A DNA stretch of 64,000 nucleotides from an uncultured Chloroflexia bacterium (GCA_963748625.1 CAVVJT010000004.1:192001-256000); one strand, 5' to 3'. Numbered from the stretch's first letter, positions 1 through 10,051 are shown. The notes: generated by a model from the sequence alone, not told the origin. A program made the numbers and translations.

Positions 1-284
1 GGCCGGAACTCGAACTCCTGGGTCTTCTGGTTGTAGATCGAGAGGCCCGTCACGTCCGACGGCAGCAGGTCCGGCGTGAACTGGATCCGCCGGAACGAGC
101 AGCCGAGGCTGCGCGCGATGGCCTTGGCGAGGACGGTCTTGCCCGTGCCGGGAACGTCCTCGATGAGCAGGTGCCCGCGACACATCAGCGCGACCAGGGC
201 GAGGCGGACCTCCTGGTGCTTGCCCACGATGACCCGCTCGACGTTGGCCAGGACCTTGTCGCCGACCTGCTGGATGTTGCTCAT
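1..284 (-). CDS. moxR: MoxR-family AAA+ ATPase (N-terminal part; runs off the window edge)
   Basis: Manual translation from ATG 284: [22 protein letters not shown]...[14 protein letters not shown] (Walker A)...[17 protein letters not shown], the MoxR signature. Confidence 0.93.
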   Translation of the reverse strand, partial: MSNIQQVGDKVLANVERVIVGKHQEVRLALVALMCRGHLLIEDVPGTGKTVLAKAIARSLGCSFRRIQFTPDLLPSDVTGLSIYNQKTQEFEFR

Positions 285-462
285 CGGACTCCCGTCGTCG
301 GCGGCCGTGGCCGCGCCTTGTGGCGGATCCCGACCAGACGCCGGGAAGGGTTCGCTGGTGACGACGTCGCGCAACGGGATTCGGGACGCGTCGACGTCGG
401 GTCTTCTCCTAAGTCTACGGCTGAGGACCGGATTCGGTTCTATCGGGCACCGGCGCGCCTCG

Positions 463-813
463 TCAGCGGCCCTTGAACAGGGTCAATCCGCCCACCCAGA
501 GCACCATGAGCGTGCCCACGAAGCCCATGACACCCAGGAACGGCTCGCCGCCGAGGAAGGCCGCCACGCCGACAAGCGCGAACAGCGCGCCCAGCACGAG
601 GGCGATGGCCGCCATGCCGATGCGCTCGATCATGGGGCGCGGGCGGGCAGGCGGGGCGTCGGGGTGGGGGGCGTCGTCGAGGGAGGCGCCCACGTCGTAG
701 GGCGAGCGGCGGCGCCGGGGCGGGGCGGCGGCGGCGGGCGGTGTCGGAACAGCGGGCGGGGCGGGCTCGGGCGGGGCGGGCTCGGGCGGCACGGGCTCGT
801 GGGGATCGGTCAT
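463..813 (-). CDS. Small hypothetical membrane protein (Pro-rich N-terminus, two C-terminal TM helices)
   Basis: ORF 463..864, likely start MTDPHEP at 813 with a TACGCT -10 box 9 nt upstream; two hydrophobic segments at the C-terminus. Confidence 0.7.
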   Translation of the reverse strand: MTDPHEPVPPEPAPPEPAPPAVPTPPAAAAPPRRRRSPYDVGASLDDAPHPDAPPARPRPMIERIGMAAIALVLGALFALVGVAAFLGGEPFLGVMGFVGTLMVLWVGGLTLFKGR

Positions 814-874
814 GGCCGGCGCAGCGTACCGCGGGGCGCGGTCGCCGCGTCGCCCTGGCCCCATGCCTGGGCCA

Positions 875-2416
875 TCACGGACGACCGTACAGCTCGAAGA
901 AGCGCTCCATCATCGCGCCCGCCAGCGGGGCCGCCCTGTCACCGCCTCGTCCACCCTGCTCCACCAGAACCGCGATCGCCACCTTGGGGTTCTCCACGGG
1001 CGCGAACCCGATGAACCACGAGTGGGGCTCACCCTTGCCACCCAGCTCCGCGGTCCCGGACTTGCCCGCGGTGGGCACACCATCCACCGCCGCCCCAGGC
1101 GTGAACTGGCGGCCCAGCTCACCCTCGACGGCCTGCTGCATCGCGGCCTGGATCGCCCGCGCATCGTCCTCGGCGAGCACGCGCCGCCACTCCGAGGCGC
1201 CGATCCCGCGTGCACCCGGCGCATCGCCGGTGAGCGCTGTCACGAGGCGCGGCCGCATCAGCACTCCGTCGTTGGCGACCGTCGACGCCACGAGCGCCAT
1301 CTGCAGCGGCGTCACGAAGGTCTCGCCCTGGCCGAACGAGGCCGACGCCAGCTCGGTGTCTCCCTCGAACCCGCCCGGGGCGTTGCCGTCGCCGCCCGTG
1401 ACGCGGCTGATCGCGGTGGGCAGGTCGAACGGGATGGCCGCCCCGAAGCCCATCTCGGCCGCCTCGTCCACCAGGCGCTCGCCGCCGGTCTGGAGGCCGG
1501 CCAGGGAATACCAGATGTTGCAACTCGCCTCGGTGGCGCCGACGAGGTCCAGCGGCGTGTCCCCGGTCTGCGGGTGATGGCCGTCGCGGATGCGGAAGCC
1601 GCTCACGCGGAGGCCGTCCTCCTCGGCCCCTGGCTGCTCCGGGAACGTGGTGGACGGCCCCACGGCATTGCTGTCGAGCGCGGCCGCCGCGGTCACGATC
1701 TTGAAGACTGACCCGGGCACATACCGGCCCAGCGTCGCCCGCGGCAGCAGCGGCTGGCGGGGATCGTCACGCAGGCGGCTGAACGTCTTGCGGGCGGTCG
1801 CCGGGTCCGCGATCGCGCTCGCGTTGTAGACGGGCGTGGAGGCGAGGGCCAGGATCTCGCCGGTTGTCGGGTCGAGCATGACCACGGCGCCCTTGTCCCC
1901 GCCGAGGGCCTTCACGGCAGCCCTCTGGAGGCGCAGGTCGAGCGCGAGCTGCAGCCCCAGCTGCTCCTCGGGCTTCGTGCCGAACTTCGCCGTCAGGTCG
2001 GCGAGCGGATCGACTCCCGCCAGGCCCAGGAGCTCGGCGTTGTAGGTGCGCTCCAGGCCGGCCGTGCCGTAGATCCGCGAGGCGTAGCCCACGACATGGC
2101 TCAGCGCATCGTCGCGGTACTCCCGGAGCGTCTCGCCGTTGTCGTCCCGCACGCTGCGGGCAAGCCAGGCACCCGTGCGATCCACGATCGGACCGCGCAA
2201 CGCGCGCCTGGCGATGGCGATCACCGCGGGGTTGTCGGGAGCAGTGGCGAGGCGCTGGGCCTCAGCGACCTGCCACCAGCCCGCCCCGACTGCCAGGATC
2301 GAGAACGCGCCGACGACTGCGACACCGGTGCGGAACACGTTGGCGCGGATCGTGCGGCGGCCACGCGGCCGATCGGCCGTCCTGCCCTTCCGGCCGGTCA
2401 GGCGTCGGACGATCAT
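875..2416 (-). CDS. pbpA: Class B penicillin-binding protein (transpeptidase), PbpA-like
   Basis: N-terminal TM; SxxK (PGSVFK), SxN (SCN) and K(S/T)G (GKSGTAE) motifs; overlaps rodA. Confidence 0.92.
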   Translation of the reverse strand: MIVRRLTGRKGRTADRPRGRRTIRANVFRTGVAVVGAFSILAVGAGWWQVAEAQRLATAPDNPAVIAIARRALRGPIVDRTGAWLARSVRDDNGETLREYRDDALSHVVGYASRIYGTAGLERTYNAELLGLAGVDPLADLTAKFGTKPEEQLGLQLALDLRLQRAAVKALGGDKGAVVMLDPTTGEILALASTPVYNASAIADPATARKTFSRLRDDPRQPLLPRATLGRYVPGSVFKIVTAAAALDSNAVGPSTTFPEQPGAEEDGLRVSGFRIRDGHHPQTGDTPLDLVGATEASCNIWYSLAGLQTGGERLVDEAAEMGFGAAIPFDLPTAISRVTGGDGNAPGGFEGDTELASASFGQGETFVTPLQMALVASTVANDGVLMRPRLVTALTGDAPGARGIGASEWRRVLAEDDARAIQAAMQQAVEGELGRQFTPGAAVDGVPTAGKSGTAELGGKGEPHSWFIGFAPVENPKVAIAVLVEQGGRGGDRAAPLAGAMMERFFELYGRP

Positions 2417-3876
2417 GCCGACCGCCTCCCCAGCCGGGCGAGGCGACGTCGCCGGCTGACCGGCACGGCGGGCGCCTCGGGGCCACGGTCGGACAGCGCA
2501 AGCAGGAGGCCCACCACGATGGCGTTCGCGAGCAGTGACGAGCCGCCATATGAGATGAGCGGCAGGGTGATGCCCGTGAGCGGGATCAGCTTGAGGTTGC
2601 CGGCGGCGATGATGAACGCCTGGATCCCCACGACCAGGGCGAGGCCGGCAGCGAGCAGCGCCCGGAAGTCGTCGCGAGCGGCGGCCGCGATGCGCAGGCC
2701 GCGCGAGACGACCACCACGTACAGGCCCAGGACCGCGAGCAGCCCGATCAGGCCCATCTCCTCACCGATGGCGGCCAGCGGATAGTCGGTGTGGACCGCG
2801 GGGACCGGCAGGCGGCCGCCGATGGTCGGCAGGCCCGCGCCCAGCCCCACCCCCAGCAGGCCGCCACGCCCGAAGGCGTACAGCGCCTGGACAACCTGGA
2901 AGCCGGCGCCCTGCGGGTCCTTCCACGGGTCGAGCCAGTTGTCCACGCGCGTCTGGACATGCCCGAACAGGTGGTAGAGGACCCAGGAGCCCACGAGGAA
3001 CAGCAGCAGCCCGCCGATGACGTAGCTGGGCCGCCCGGTCGCGACGTAGAGCAGGGCGAGGAAGACCGCGAAGAACAGCAGGGCCGCGCCGAGGTCACGC
3101 TGGACCACCACGATCCCCAGGGCGATGGCCCACATCGCCACCATCGGTGCGAGGTACGGCAGCGGCGGCAGCTTGAGCGGTCCGATCTGGGTGTTCTCCT
3201 CGGCGAGCAGGGCCCGGTTCTCCGAGAGGTAACCCGCCAGGAAGATCACCAGGATCACCTTGAGCAGCTCCGAGGGCTGCCCCGACAGCGGCCCGATGGA
3301 GAGCGAGAGCCGGGCGCCGTTGACGTCCGAGCCGAGGACGAAGGTCAGCAGCAGCAGCAGCACGCCCAGCGCCGCCCAGGAGTACTTGTACGTGCGCAGC
3401 CAGGCGTCGGAGCGCACGGCGACCGCAAGCACCGTGATCACCGTGAGCGCCACGAGCAACCAGGCAAGCTGGAGTTGGCCGAGCAACAGCTCACCGAGGA
3501 ACGGGATCGACTGGGTCACGAGATCCTGCGGCAGCCGCTGCATCAGGAGCAGCCCGATGCCCCCCAGCAGCGCGACCGCGGGCAGCAGCACCTCGTCGAG
3601 ACGCCGCCCGGAGAGCACGAGGGCCGCGTGCACGGCCAGGAGCGCGAGCAGGTACGCGAGCAGGCCCTGCGGGTCGGGTGGGGCGAGGACCAGGCCGCCA
3701 GGCACCTTGCCCGCATCCACGAGTGCCCGGTACTGCTGCGTCGCCCCGAGCGACACCGCTCCCGCCACAAGGGTGACCCCGACCACTGCGAGCAGCGACA
3801 GCTCGGTCATCCGAAGCCTGGGTCGCAGGCGGACGCGGCGCCGGGCGACCGGGTGCGCCTGAGCGGCCGCGCTCAT
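2413..3876 (-). CDS. rodA: FtsW/RodA/SpoVE (SEDS) family peptidoglycan glycosyltransferase
   Basis: Polytopic membrane protein with QPSELLK, QRDLG, HTDY and PLTGITLPLISYGGSSL motifs. Confidence 0.93.
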   Translation of the reverse strand: MSAAAQAHPVARRRVRLRPRLRMTELSLLAVVGVTLVAGAVSLGATQQYRALVDAGKVPGGLVLAPPDPQGLLAYLLALLAVHAALVLSGRRLDEVLLPAVALLGGIGLLLMQRLPQDLVTQSIPFLGELLLGQLQLAWLLVALTVITVLAVAVRSDAWLRTYKYSWAALGVLLLLLTFVLGSDVNGARLSLSIGPLSGQPSELLKVILVIFLAGYLSENRALLAEENTQIGPLKLPPLPYLAPMVAMWAIALGIVVVQRDLGAALLFFAVFLALLYVATGRPSYVIGGLLLFLVGSWVLYHLFGHVQTRVDNWLDPWKDPQGAGFQVVQALYAFGRGGLLGVGLGAGLPTIGGRLPVPAVHTDYPLAAIGEEMGLIGLLAVLGLYVVVVSRGLRIAAAARDDFRALLAAGLALVVGIQAFIIAAGNLKLIPLTGITLPLISYGGSSLLANAIVVGLLLALSDRGPEAPAVPVSRRRRLARLGRRSA

Positions 3877-4307
3877 CCCAGGCCCCGGTCCAGGCGCATT
3901 CGAACCTCGCCCACCTGGATCTCATCGCCGAAACCCATCTGGTTGAGGCCCTCGACCGGGACGCCGTTGACGTACGTCCCGTTGGTGCTCTCACGATCCT
4001 CGATGTACCAGGAGCGGCCGCGGAACGTGAGCACCGCATGTTCCGTCGACGCGAAGGGGTCGTCGAGGACGATCGTGTTGTTCACATCCCGCCCGAGCGA
4101 GGTGACGGCGTCTAGGGGAAAGGCGAACCCCTGGGGCGGCTCGCCGCGGGGCGACGCCAGGATCACAAGGCGGCCAAGCTCGGCAGGACCCTTCGCGACG
4201 GCCCGCAGGTCGCGAAGGAGCACCCGGACCACGAAGTAGAGGAAGGCGTAGAGCAGCGCGAGGAACAGCAGGCGCAGCAGCCACAGCGTGAGCACGAAGC
4301 CGTCCAT
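3873..4307 (-). CDS. fhaB: Membrane-anchored FHA domain protein (FhaB/FipA-like)
   Basis: N-terminal TM followed by an FHA domain with GR...S.EHA...D.ESTNGTYVNG; start MDGF at 4307. Confidence 0.85.
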   Translation of the reverse strand: MDGFVLTLWLLRLLFLALLYAFLYFVVRVLLRDLRAVAKGPAELGRLVILASPRGEPPQGFAFPLDAVTSLGRDVNNTIVLDDPFASTEHAVLTFRGRSWYIEDRESTNGTYVNGVPVEGLNQMGFGDEIQVGEVRMRLDRGLG

Positions 4308-4309
4308 CG

Positions 4310-5329
4310 TCAGACCGGCAGCTGCTCGACCAGCAGGACGGTGTCCCCAACCACGATCCGGTCGCCCATGCCCAACGCGCACTCGTCCACCCGGACGCCG
4401 TTCACGCGGGAGCCGTTGGTGCTGCCGAGATCGGTGTAGACGAGCGTGCCGCGTCGTGACTGGAGGCGGCCGTGATGGCGCGAGATGCGGGCGTCGGGCA
4501 GCACGAGGGAGTTGTCGGTGGAGCGGCCAAGAGTGACGGCGGCCCCGCCCACCTCGACGAGGCGCTCCTTGCCGTCGGCTGCCGTCACGCGCAGGACGGC
4601 CCGGGCCTCAGGCGGGGCGGGCTTGCGGAAGACGAGGGTCTCGGTGGCCTCGCGCCGTATCGACCCTGAGGAGGGGACGGACTGCTGCGCCGGTGCCGCG
4701 GCAGCCTCTGGCGCCTGGGCGGCGGCGGGTGCGATGACGGGGTTGCCCGGATCGCTGCCCATCGGCCGGATCGCGGGCATGTCCAACGACGGGTCGCCCG
4801 CAGAGTCCAGCGCCTCGTCCATCACCGGATCGCTCGGTGGGTCCATTGGTGGGTCCATCACCGGCTCGGGCCAGCGTGGGGCAACGAATGGCATGTCCGG
4901 CACGTTGTGGCTCAGCGGTTCAGCCCCAGGTCCCGGTGCAGCCGCCATCCGGCCCCTGTCGGCGACCGCATCCACCTCGATCTCCGCCCGCTCGACGGCC
5001 GGATCGGCCACCAGGGCAACGCTGGGTCGGCCGGCGAGGTGGTAGTCATGGCTGCGCGCAAAGGCAAGGGTGGCATCGGCCAGGCGGGCGGCAAGCGCCT
5101 CGGCCCCCCCGGCATCCGTGGCAAGCGTCCTGAGATCATCAGGATTGAGGCGTACGCGGTACCGGCTTGGCACCACGGTCCAGGTCCCCTGCTGCTCGCG
5201 CGCCCGCTCCATCGCGCGTTCCACCTTGTGCTCGACCTGCACGACCTGCGGCCGGGCCCGGAACAAGCGGGCGGTCGTGCGCTCGAACACTCGCTCGAGG
5301 AGCTGTTCGAGGTCGGCGAGGGCTGGCAT
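4310..5329 (-). CDS. fhaA: FhaA-like protein (DUF3662-type N-domain, Pro-rich linker, C-terminal FHA)
   Basis: N-terminus [10 protein letters not shown]...F...VPSRY.V.L...D; C-terminal GR...SRHH...[11 protein letters not shown]. Confidence 0.87.
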   Translation of the reverse strand: MPALADLEQLLERVFERTTARLFRARPQVVQVEHKVERAMERAREQQGTWTVVPSRYRVRLNPDDLRTLATDAGGAEALAARLADATLAFARSHDYHLAGRPSVALVADPAVERAEIEVDAVADRGRMAAAPGPGAEPLSHNVPDMPFVAPRWPEPVMDPPMDPPSDPVMDEALDSAGDPSLDMPAIRPMGSDPGNPVIAPAAAQAPEAAAAPAQQSVPSSGSIRREATETLVFRKPAPPEARAVLRVTAADGKERLVEVGGAAVTLGRSTDNSLVLPDARISRHHGRLQSRRGTLVYTDLGSTNGSRVNGVRVDECALGMGDRIVVGDTVLLVEQLPV

Positions 5330-5428
5330 GGCGGTTGGAACCGTACCAGAGGCGGCCCAAACACCCCTCCGGGACCTCCAGAGCCGTCAATCGGTACCAC
5401 GGGCGGGGGTACCGCGTTGCCTCGAGGC

Positions 5429-5434
5429 TATACT
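5429..5434 (+). promoter_or_regulatory. Putative -10 box for the zinc-finger/acidic-repeat gene
   Basis: TATACT about 50 nt upstream of ATG 5486 in the divergent intergenic region. Confidence 0.5.
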
Positions 5435-5485
5435 CTGGCCCCTGCCCGGCTGGCCCGGGCGGGATTGGATCCTCGCGGGGGCACC

Positions 5486-7249
5486 ATGACCGAGATCCTC
5501 ACCGAGTCGTTCTGCGAACGGTGCGGTACGCGCTACACATTCGAGTCCGCCGGCCCGCGCACGTCGCGCGTCGGCAGGGTCCGCGTGCTCTCGAAGGGCT
5601 TGCGCAACTACGTGCTCGCCGACGGGACAACGCTGAACGAGGCCATGGCGGACGCCCGGAGCGAGGTCGAGCTCGCGGCGACCGCGCACCAGCTCGATGC
5701 GTTCCACAAGACCTTCAACTTCTGCCTGTCGTGCCGCCAGTACACGTGCGGCAACTGCTGGAACCAGGCGGAGGGCCGATGCCTTGGCTGCGCCCCGATC
5801 CCGGGCGCGGAGGCGGAGGTGGAAGCGGCCGGAGCGGCCCCGCCAGAGGCGACCGTCGCGGACGCCCTGGTGGTTGGGGCGGTGGTCGCGGAGGCGGCGG
5901 ATGAGGAGTCCACCGATGCGCTCGAACCATGGCCAGAGGCTGACCTGGGCCGGCGACTGAGTGCGTTCGCCGGCGGAGAGGCCGTCGCTGAGGCCGTCGG
6001 CCCCGTCGATGCGACCGGATCTGTCGATTCCACCGGCCCCGCCGCGGTAGTCGAGGCTGCGGCTGTCGCTGGGGTCGCAGGGATCGTCGGGGTTGCTCCA
6101 GGCCAGTCCCTCGAGGATGCGCTCGCCGCGTACGAGGCGGAGCGTGACGCCGAAGCCGATGCCGAGGCTGAGGCCGAGGCCGAGGCCGAGGAGGAGGCTG
6201 AGGCTGAGGCCGCGCATGAGGCTGAGGCCGCGCATGAGGCGGCGACTGAGGCCGAGGTGCTCGTCGACATCGAGCACGAAGTCGCGGAAACGGACGCCGT
6301 TGGCATTGCCGCCGTGGCCGCGATCGCAGCGGTCACGCTCGACGCCGCCGAGCCGGAGCCGGAGCAGGTCGCCGAGCCGGTCGCCGCCGAGCCGGAGCCG
6401 GAGCAGGTCGCCGAGCCGGTCGCCGCCGAGCCGGAGCCGGAGCAGGTCGCCGCCGAGCCCGAGCAGGTCGCCGCCGAGCCCGAGGCCGAGCCGGAGCAGG
6501 TCGCCGAGCCGGTCGCCGCCGAGCCGGAGGCCGAGCCCGAGCCGGTCGCCGCTGACCTTGCCGCAGTGGCCGCCATCGCAGCGGTCACGCTCGACGGCGC
6601 CGAGCCGGAGCCGGAGCAGGTCGCCGAGCCTGAGCCGGAGCCGGTCGCCGCCGAGCCGGTCGCCGTTGAGCCGGAGCCGGTCGCCGCCGAGCCTGAGCCG
6701 GAGCCGGTCGCCGCCGAGCCGGTCGCCGTTGAGCCGGAGCCGGTCGCCGCGGAGCCTGAGCCGGAGCCGGTCGCCGCCGAGCCGGTCGCCGTTGAGCCGG
6801 AGCCGGTCGCCGCCGAGCCTGAGCCGGAGCCGGTCGCCGCCGAGCCGGTTGACGTCATCGCCCAGCCGACCTGGCCCGTCGTGACGCCGCCTGGACTCGA
6901 ACCCGCTCCGCCCGCAGCGCCGGCGCCCGAGCCTGTCCAGCCCGGCTGGCTTACCGTCGCACCCGATGACGGCGCGGCGCCCCAGTGGCCAACCGCACCA
7001 GCTTGGAATTCGCGTTCCACCGGCCGCCCCGGCGTCCAGCCGACGCTTGCCGGTCGGCCCCTCATGCCGCAGGGGGATGCCGCTGCGATGTGGGCGGCCT
7101 CAGCCCACGAGGTCCTCTCCGGCGGACCGACCAAGGGGAAGGCCCAGCCCGCCGCGGCCGCCCCGACGGCCCAGCCGTGCGTCAACTGTGGCCTGTCACT
7201 GTCCGCAACCGCCCGCTTCTGCCGGCGGTGCGGAAGCCGCCAGGGCTGA
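5486..7249 (+). CDS. Multi-zinc-finger protein with a long acidic E/P/A/V-rich repeat linker
   Basis: Start [13 protein letters not shown]; CxxC, then CxxC-x4-CxxC-x7-CxxC; C-terminal CxxC-x10-CxxC zinc ribbon; low-complexity acidic middle. Confidence 0.8.
   Translation: MTEILTESFCERCGTRYTFESAGPRTSRVGRVRVLSKGLRNYVLADGTTLNEAMADARSEVELAATAHQLDAFHKTFNFCLSCRQYTCGNCWNQAEGRCLGCAPIPGAEAEVEAAGAAPPEATVADALVVGAVVAEAADEESTDALEPWPEADLGRRLSAFAGGEAVAEAVGPVDATGSVDSTGPAAVVEAAAVAGVAGIVGVAPGQSLEDALAAYEAERDAEADAEAEAEAEAEEEAEAEAAHEAEAAHEAATEAEVLVDIEHEVAETDAVGIAAVAAIAAVTLDAAEPEPEQVAEPVAAEPEPEQVAEPVAAEPEPEQVAAEPEQVAAEPEAEPEQVAEPVAAEPEAEPEPVAADLAAVAAIAAVTLDGAEPEPEQVAEPEPEPVAAEPVAVEPEPVAAEPEPEPVAAEPVAVEPEPVAAEPEPEPVAAEPVAVEPEPVAAEPEPEPVAAEPVDVIAQPTWPVVTPPGLEPAPPAAPAPEPVQPGWLTVAPDDGAAPQWPTAPAWNSRSTGRPGVQPTLAGRPLMPQGDAAAMWAASAHEVLSGGPTKGKAQPAAAAPTAQPCVNCGLSLSATARFCRRCGSRQG
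6345..6850 (+). repeat. Intragenic tandem repeats (39-bp and 63-bp units; [13 protein letters not shown] and [21 protein letters not shown])
   Basis: 63-bp unit starts at 6626, 6689, 6752 and 6815; shorter GAGCCG-rich units upstream. Confidence 0.9.
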
Positions 7250-7269
7250 GTGGCCGTCAGCACGGCAGC

Positions 7270-7434
7270 GGCGCAGGGTCCCTACAACCCTTGACGTAGC
7301 TGCGGGTTCGGGATGGACGAACTGCTCGACCTCCCACCCGCAGCGCCCCAGCCCGAGACGCCCGCGCGACGCGGGAAGCCCAGGCTCCGGTCGGGCCCGC
7401 TCAGGCTCGCTCGCCCCGGATTTCATCCCTGCGC
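7270..7434. other. Structured non-coding element (candidate ncRNA or repeat) in a convergent intergenic region
   Basis: Closing stem GCGCAGGG/CCCTGCGC; internal hairpins GCTGCGGGT/ACCCGCAGC and AGCCTGAG/CTCGGGCT (G-U pairing favours the minus strand); family not recognised. Confidence 0.3.
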
Positions 7435-7651
7435 GTGGAACTGGGGAACGATCCGCGTGGGGATACGGATCGGCTCCGGCGTGCAGGGGTCAGACGCTGA
7501 ACCCCGACCTCGGGGGCTGAGCCCCGCACGCACCGCCTCAATCTCATTCCTGAACGGATAGTTGGGGCAGACCATCCTTGTGCGGATGGGATCCGCCTCC
7601 GGTGCGCGAGGGCGGGCGGCGGACGTCAAGCCCGGGGCTGGGCCAGGTGCC

Positions 7652-8638
7652 CTACTGCGCGGGCTCGTCGGACTGCGCGGGTCCGTCCGCCACCGGAGGC
7701 TCATGCACCACCGGAGGGTCATCCGCCACTGGAACCTCACCCGCCATCCGCTCGCGCACCCGGACCCGGGTCCACGACGCCCCGAGCAGCAGCACATTGA
7801 GCGAGATCGAGAGCCAGATCAACACCGCGAAGACCGAGAGCAGCGCCCCGAACAGTGCCGCCCACCCGAGCATCCGCGGCGCGATGAACGTGAAGATCTG
7901 CGTGAACACGGCGATCGCCGTCCCCACCAGCAGCGCCGGCGGGCCCAGGTCCCCGATCCGCACCCGGGTATTGGGCACGAACCGGTAGACGAGCGCGACG
8001 CCGAGCGTGAACAGCACCCACGTGGAGATCGGCGAGCCCAGCTGGACGAGGCCTCGGCCAACCCCGCTGAGCTCAGCAGCGTCCGGCGCCAGGTCCATCA
8101 GCCAGGTCGCGATCGCGCCCACGATCACCAGGATGATTGGCAGCGCGATGAACACCACGCTCACCAGGAGTCCGCGCGCGCCACGCTCGATCTCGTTGCG
8201 CCGCGCGGCAGTGCGGAACACGCGCGAGAAGGCGTAATCGAGCGCCGCATAGAAGCGGCTCGAGCCCCAGAGCAGGCCGATCACGGCGAAGATCGAGGTC
8301 GGCACGGCGCCGGCCGCGACCTGGGTGAACGCAGTCTCCACGAGCGGCGCCAGCGGCGGGAAGAGCTCGGCGATTCCGGCGACGATCTGGTCCTGGATGG
8401 CCGCGTCGTCGATGACGATGCCGATGACGCCCAGCACGAGCAGCAAGCCGGGCACCAGCGCGAACAGCGCCGAGTACGCGAGGCCGTTGGCCGAGAGTCC
8501 GCCTCCGCCGTGGTCGTACGTCTCGAAGACCGCCAGCAGCCGCTGGACTGCGGTCATGCCGCCGACACGCTCGACGATCCGGGTGAGCGCTACCCGGAGG
8601 CGGTCAACGTGCCCGTTCGGCTCCTCGGGCTCGTCCAT
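7652..8638 (-). CDS. YihY/virulence factor BrkB family membrane protein
   Basis: A..LAYSALFALVP, LLWGSSRFYAAL..A, LVYRFVPN and FGAL.S...VLIWL...VLLLGA motifs; start MDEP at 8638. Confidence 0.88.
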   Translation of the reverse strand: MDEPEEPNGHVDRLRVALTRIVERVGGMTAVQRLLAVFETYDHGGGGLSANGLAYSALFALVPGLLLVLGVIGIVIDDAAIQDQIVAGIAELFPPLAPLVETAFTQVAAGAVPTSIFAVIGLLWGSSRFYAALDYAFSRVFRTAARRNEIERGARGLLVSVVFIALPIILVIVGAIATWLMDLAPDAAELSGVGRGLVQLGSPISTWVLFTLGVALVYRFVPNTRVRIGDLGPPALLVGTAIAVFTQIFTFIAPRMLGWAALFGALLSVFAVLIWLSISLNVLLLGASWTRVRVRERMAGEVPVADDPPVVHEPPVADGPAQSDEPAQ

Positions 8639-8642
8639 GTGT

Positions 8643-8879
8643 CTAGCCCAAGTCCTCGAACAGGCCGGGCTGGAGATCCTCGGCATGGACGCGGCGCGGT
8701 GCGGCGATGAGCGCCCTCACCTCGCCCCGGCGGACGTACCTGCGCCCGCCGAGCTTGATGCTCGTGAGCCGCCCAGAACGTGCCCAGCTGCCGATCGTCT
8801 CGGGTCGGAAGTGGATGTTCGCGGCCTCGAGGACCTGTGCGGCCTCCGCGAGCGTGATCCAGTCAGCGGCAGCGGGCAT
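8643..8879 (-). CDS. Small HTH_17 (excisionase/BldC-like) DNA-binding protein
   Basis: ITLAEAAQVL...TIGSWARSGRLTSIKLGGRRYVRRGEVRALI, similar to the MerR-like HTH of BldC. Confidence 0.8.
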   Translation of the reverse strand: MPAAADWITLAEAAQVLEAANIHFRPETIGSWARSGRLTSIKLGGRRYVRRGEVRALIAAPRRVHAEDLQPGLFEDLG

Positions 8880-8885
8880 GCTGGC

Positions 8886-9275
8886 TCAGTCCCCGCTTCC
8901 GGACGATGCGCCACCTGATGAGCCGCCATCGGATGAGCCGCCCGACGAGCCGCCATCGCCGCCCTTGGACTCCGATTTCGGCTTGTGCTTGTGCTCTGAC
9001 CCGTGCTCGGACCCGTGCTCGGCCTTGTCCTCGGACTTGGCATCGGCCTTCTCGCCCGTGGACGCGCGTGCCGCCTTCGTGCCGGCGGACGCCCCGCCTC
9101 GGTCCTTCTTCGCCCAGCCCGATCCCTTGTAGTGGATGGTCGGCGCCGCGAACTGCTTGCGCATCGTCCCCTCCCCGCCGCACGACGGGCAGAAGTTGGG
9201 ACCCGGATCGTTGATCCCGTGGAGGATGTCGGCGCGGTGGTCGCAGTCAGTGCAGAGGTAGTCGTAGATGGGCAT
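8886..9275 (-). CDS. FmdB-family zinc-ribbon protein with a low-complexity G/S/H tail
   Basis: MPIYDYLCTDCDH...CPSCGG...IHYKGSGWAKKD signature. Confidence 0.9.
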   Translation of the reverse strand: MPIYDYLCTDCDHRADILHGINDPGPNFCPSCGGEGTMRKQFAAPTIHYKGSGWAKKDRGGASAGTKAARASTGEKADAKSEDKAEHGSEHGSEHKHKPKSESKGGDGGSSGGSSDGGSSGGASSGSGD

Positions 9276-9298
9276 GTGACTCGTTCAGACTGGTGGGA

Positions 9299-10051
9299 TC
9301 AGCCGCGTAGCAGCCGCATCCCGCACTTGGGACAGTAGAAGGCGCGCTCGTGCCCCGACGCGAACCCGCAGTGGGCGCACACGAGGCCGCCGCGGCCGGC
9401 GGATGGGACAGGGCGCTCCACCCCGGCCAGACCGAGGGCGCCCTTGCTGGCCATGACATTGGACACGATCGACGAGAGCAGGCGCTGGCCGACCCGGTCG
9501 GTGTCACCGCGGACGCCTCGCCCGCCCCAGCCCACGACGCCCCGCACGATCATGTCGCCGGTGGCCTCGTCCCAATGGGCCGCCACTCCGCCCACGATTG
9601 CGCTGTACTCCGGGTAGCCGGACGTGTCCACCTCGCCATCGAGCAGCGTGCATGCGAACGTGTCGAACGCCATGTCGATGGCATCAATGGACTCCAGGAC
9701 CACCAGCGCATGGCGGGTGACCGGGCTGAGCTCGTGGTGCGCGTTGAGCCACTGCATCGCCTCGGACGGCCGGACGATCAGGGGGACCGCGTGGGCGAAC
9801 TCGATCGGCAGCGGCTCGACCACTTCCACATCGTTGCGGGCGATGCCCGCGAGCAGCTTCGGGATGTCGTCCATGGCCTGGGCGCCGGCACGGAACCGCA
9901 CGCCCTCGCTGCTCTTGCCCGCGTAGTAGAGCTTGAGTTGGAAGTCCTGGGCGACGACCTCCTCCGGCGCGCCGGTCCTCATGACCGGTGCCGTCTTGGA
10001 ATCTGGCGTCTTGTCGCCGTCGCCGCGGCGCTTCAGGAAGTCGAGGGGCAC
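9299..10051 (-). CDS. Hypothetical protein with a C-terminal zinc ribbon
   Basis: GGAGG RBS before GTG; typical GC3 codon use; CAHC...CPKC at the C-terminus. Confidence 0.78.
   Translation of the reverse strand: MPLDFLKRRGDGDKTPDSKTAPVMRTGAPEEVVAQDFQLKLYYAGKSSEGVRFRAGAQAMDDIPKLLAGIARNDVEVVEPLPIEFAHAVPLIVRPSEAMQWLNAHHELSPVTRHALVVLESIDAIDMAFDTFACTLLDGEVDTSGYPEYSAIVGGVAAHWDEATGDMIVRGVVGWGGRGVRGDTDRVGQRLLSSIVSNVMASKGALGLAGVERPVPSAGRGGLVCAHCGFASGHERAFYCPKCGMRLLRG

Noticed and set aside
7290-7475. c-di-AMP (ydaO) riboswitch, tmRNA or RNase P RNA
   Set aside because: The ydaO-like fragments (GGAACTGGGGAAC and CCCGAACCCGCAGCTAC) lie on opposite strands with no downstream gene; the tmRNA tRNA-like ends and the RNase P GAGGAAAGTCC motif are absent
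8643-8879. Phage excisionase marking a mobile element
   Set aside because: No integrase or att sites; embedded in a housekeeping-like operon
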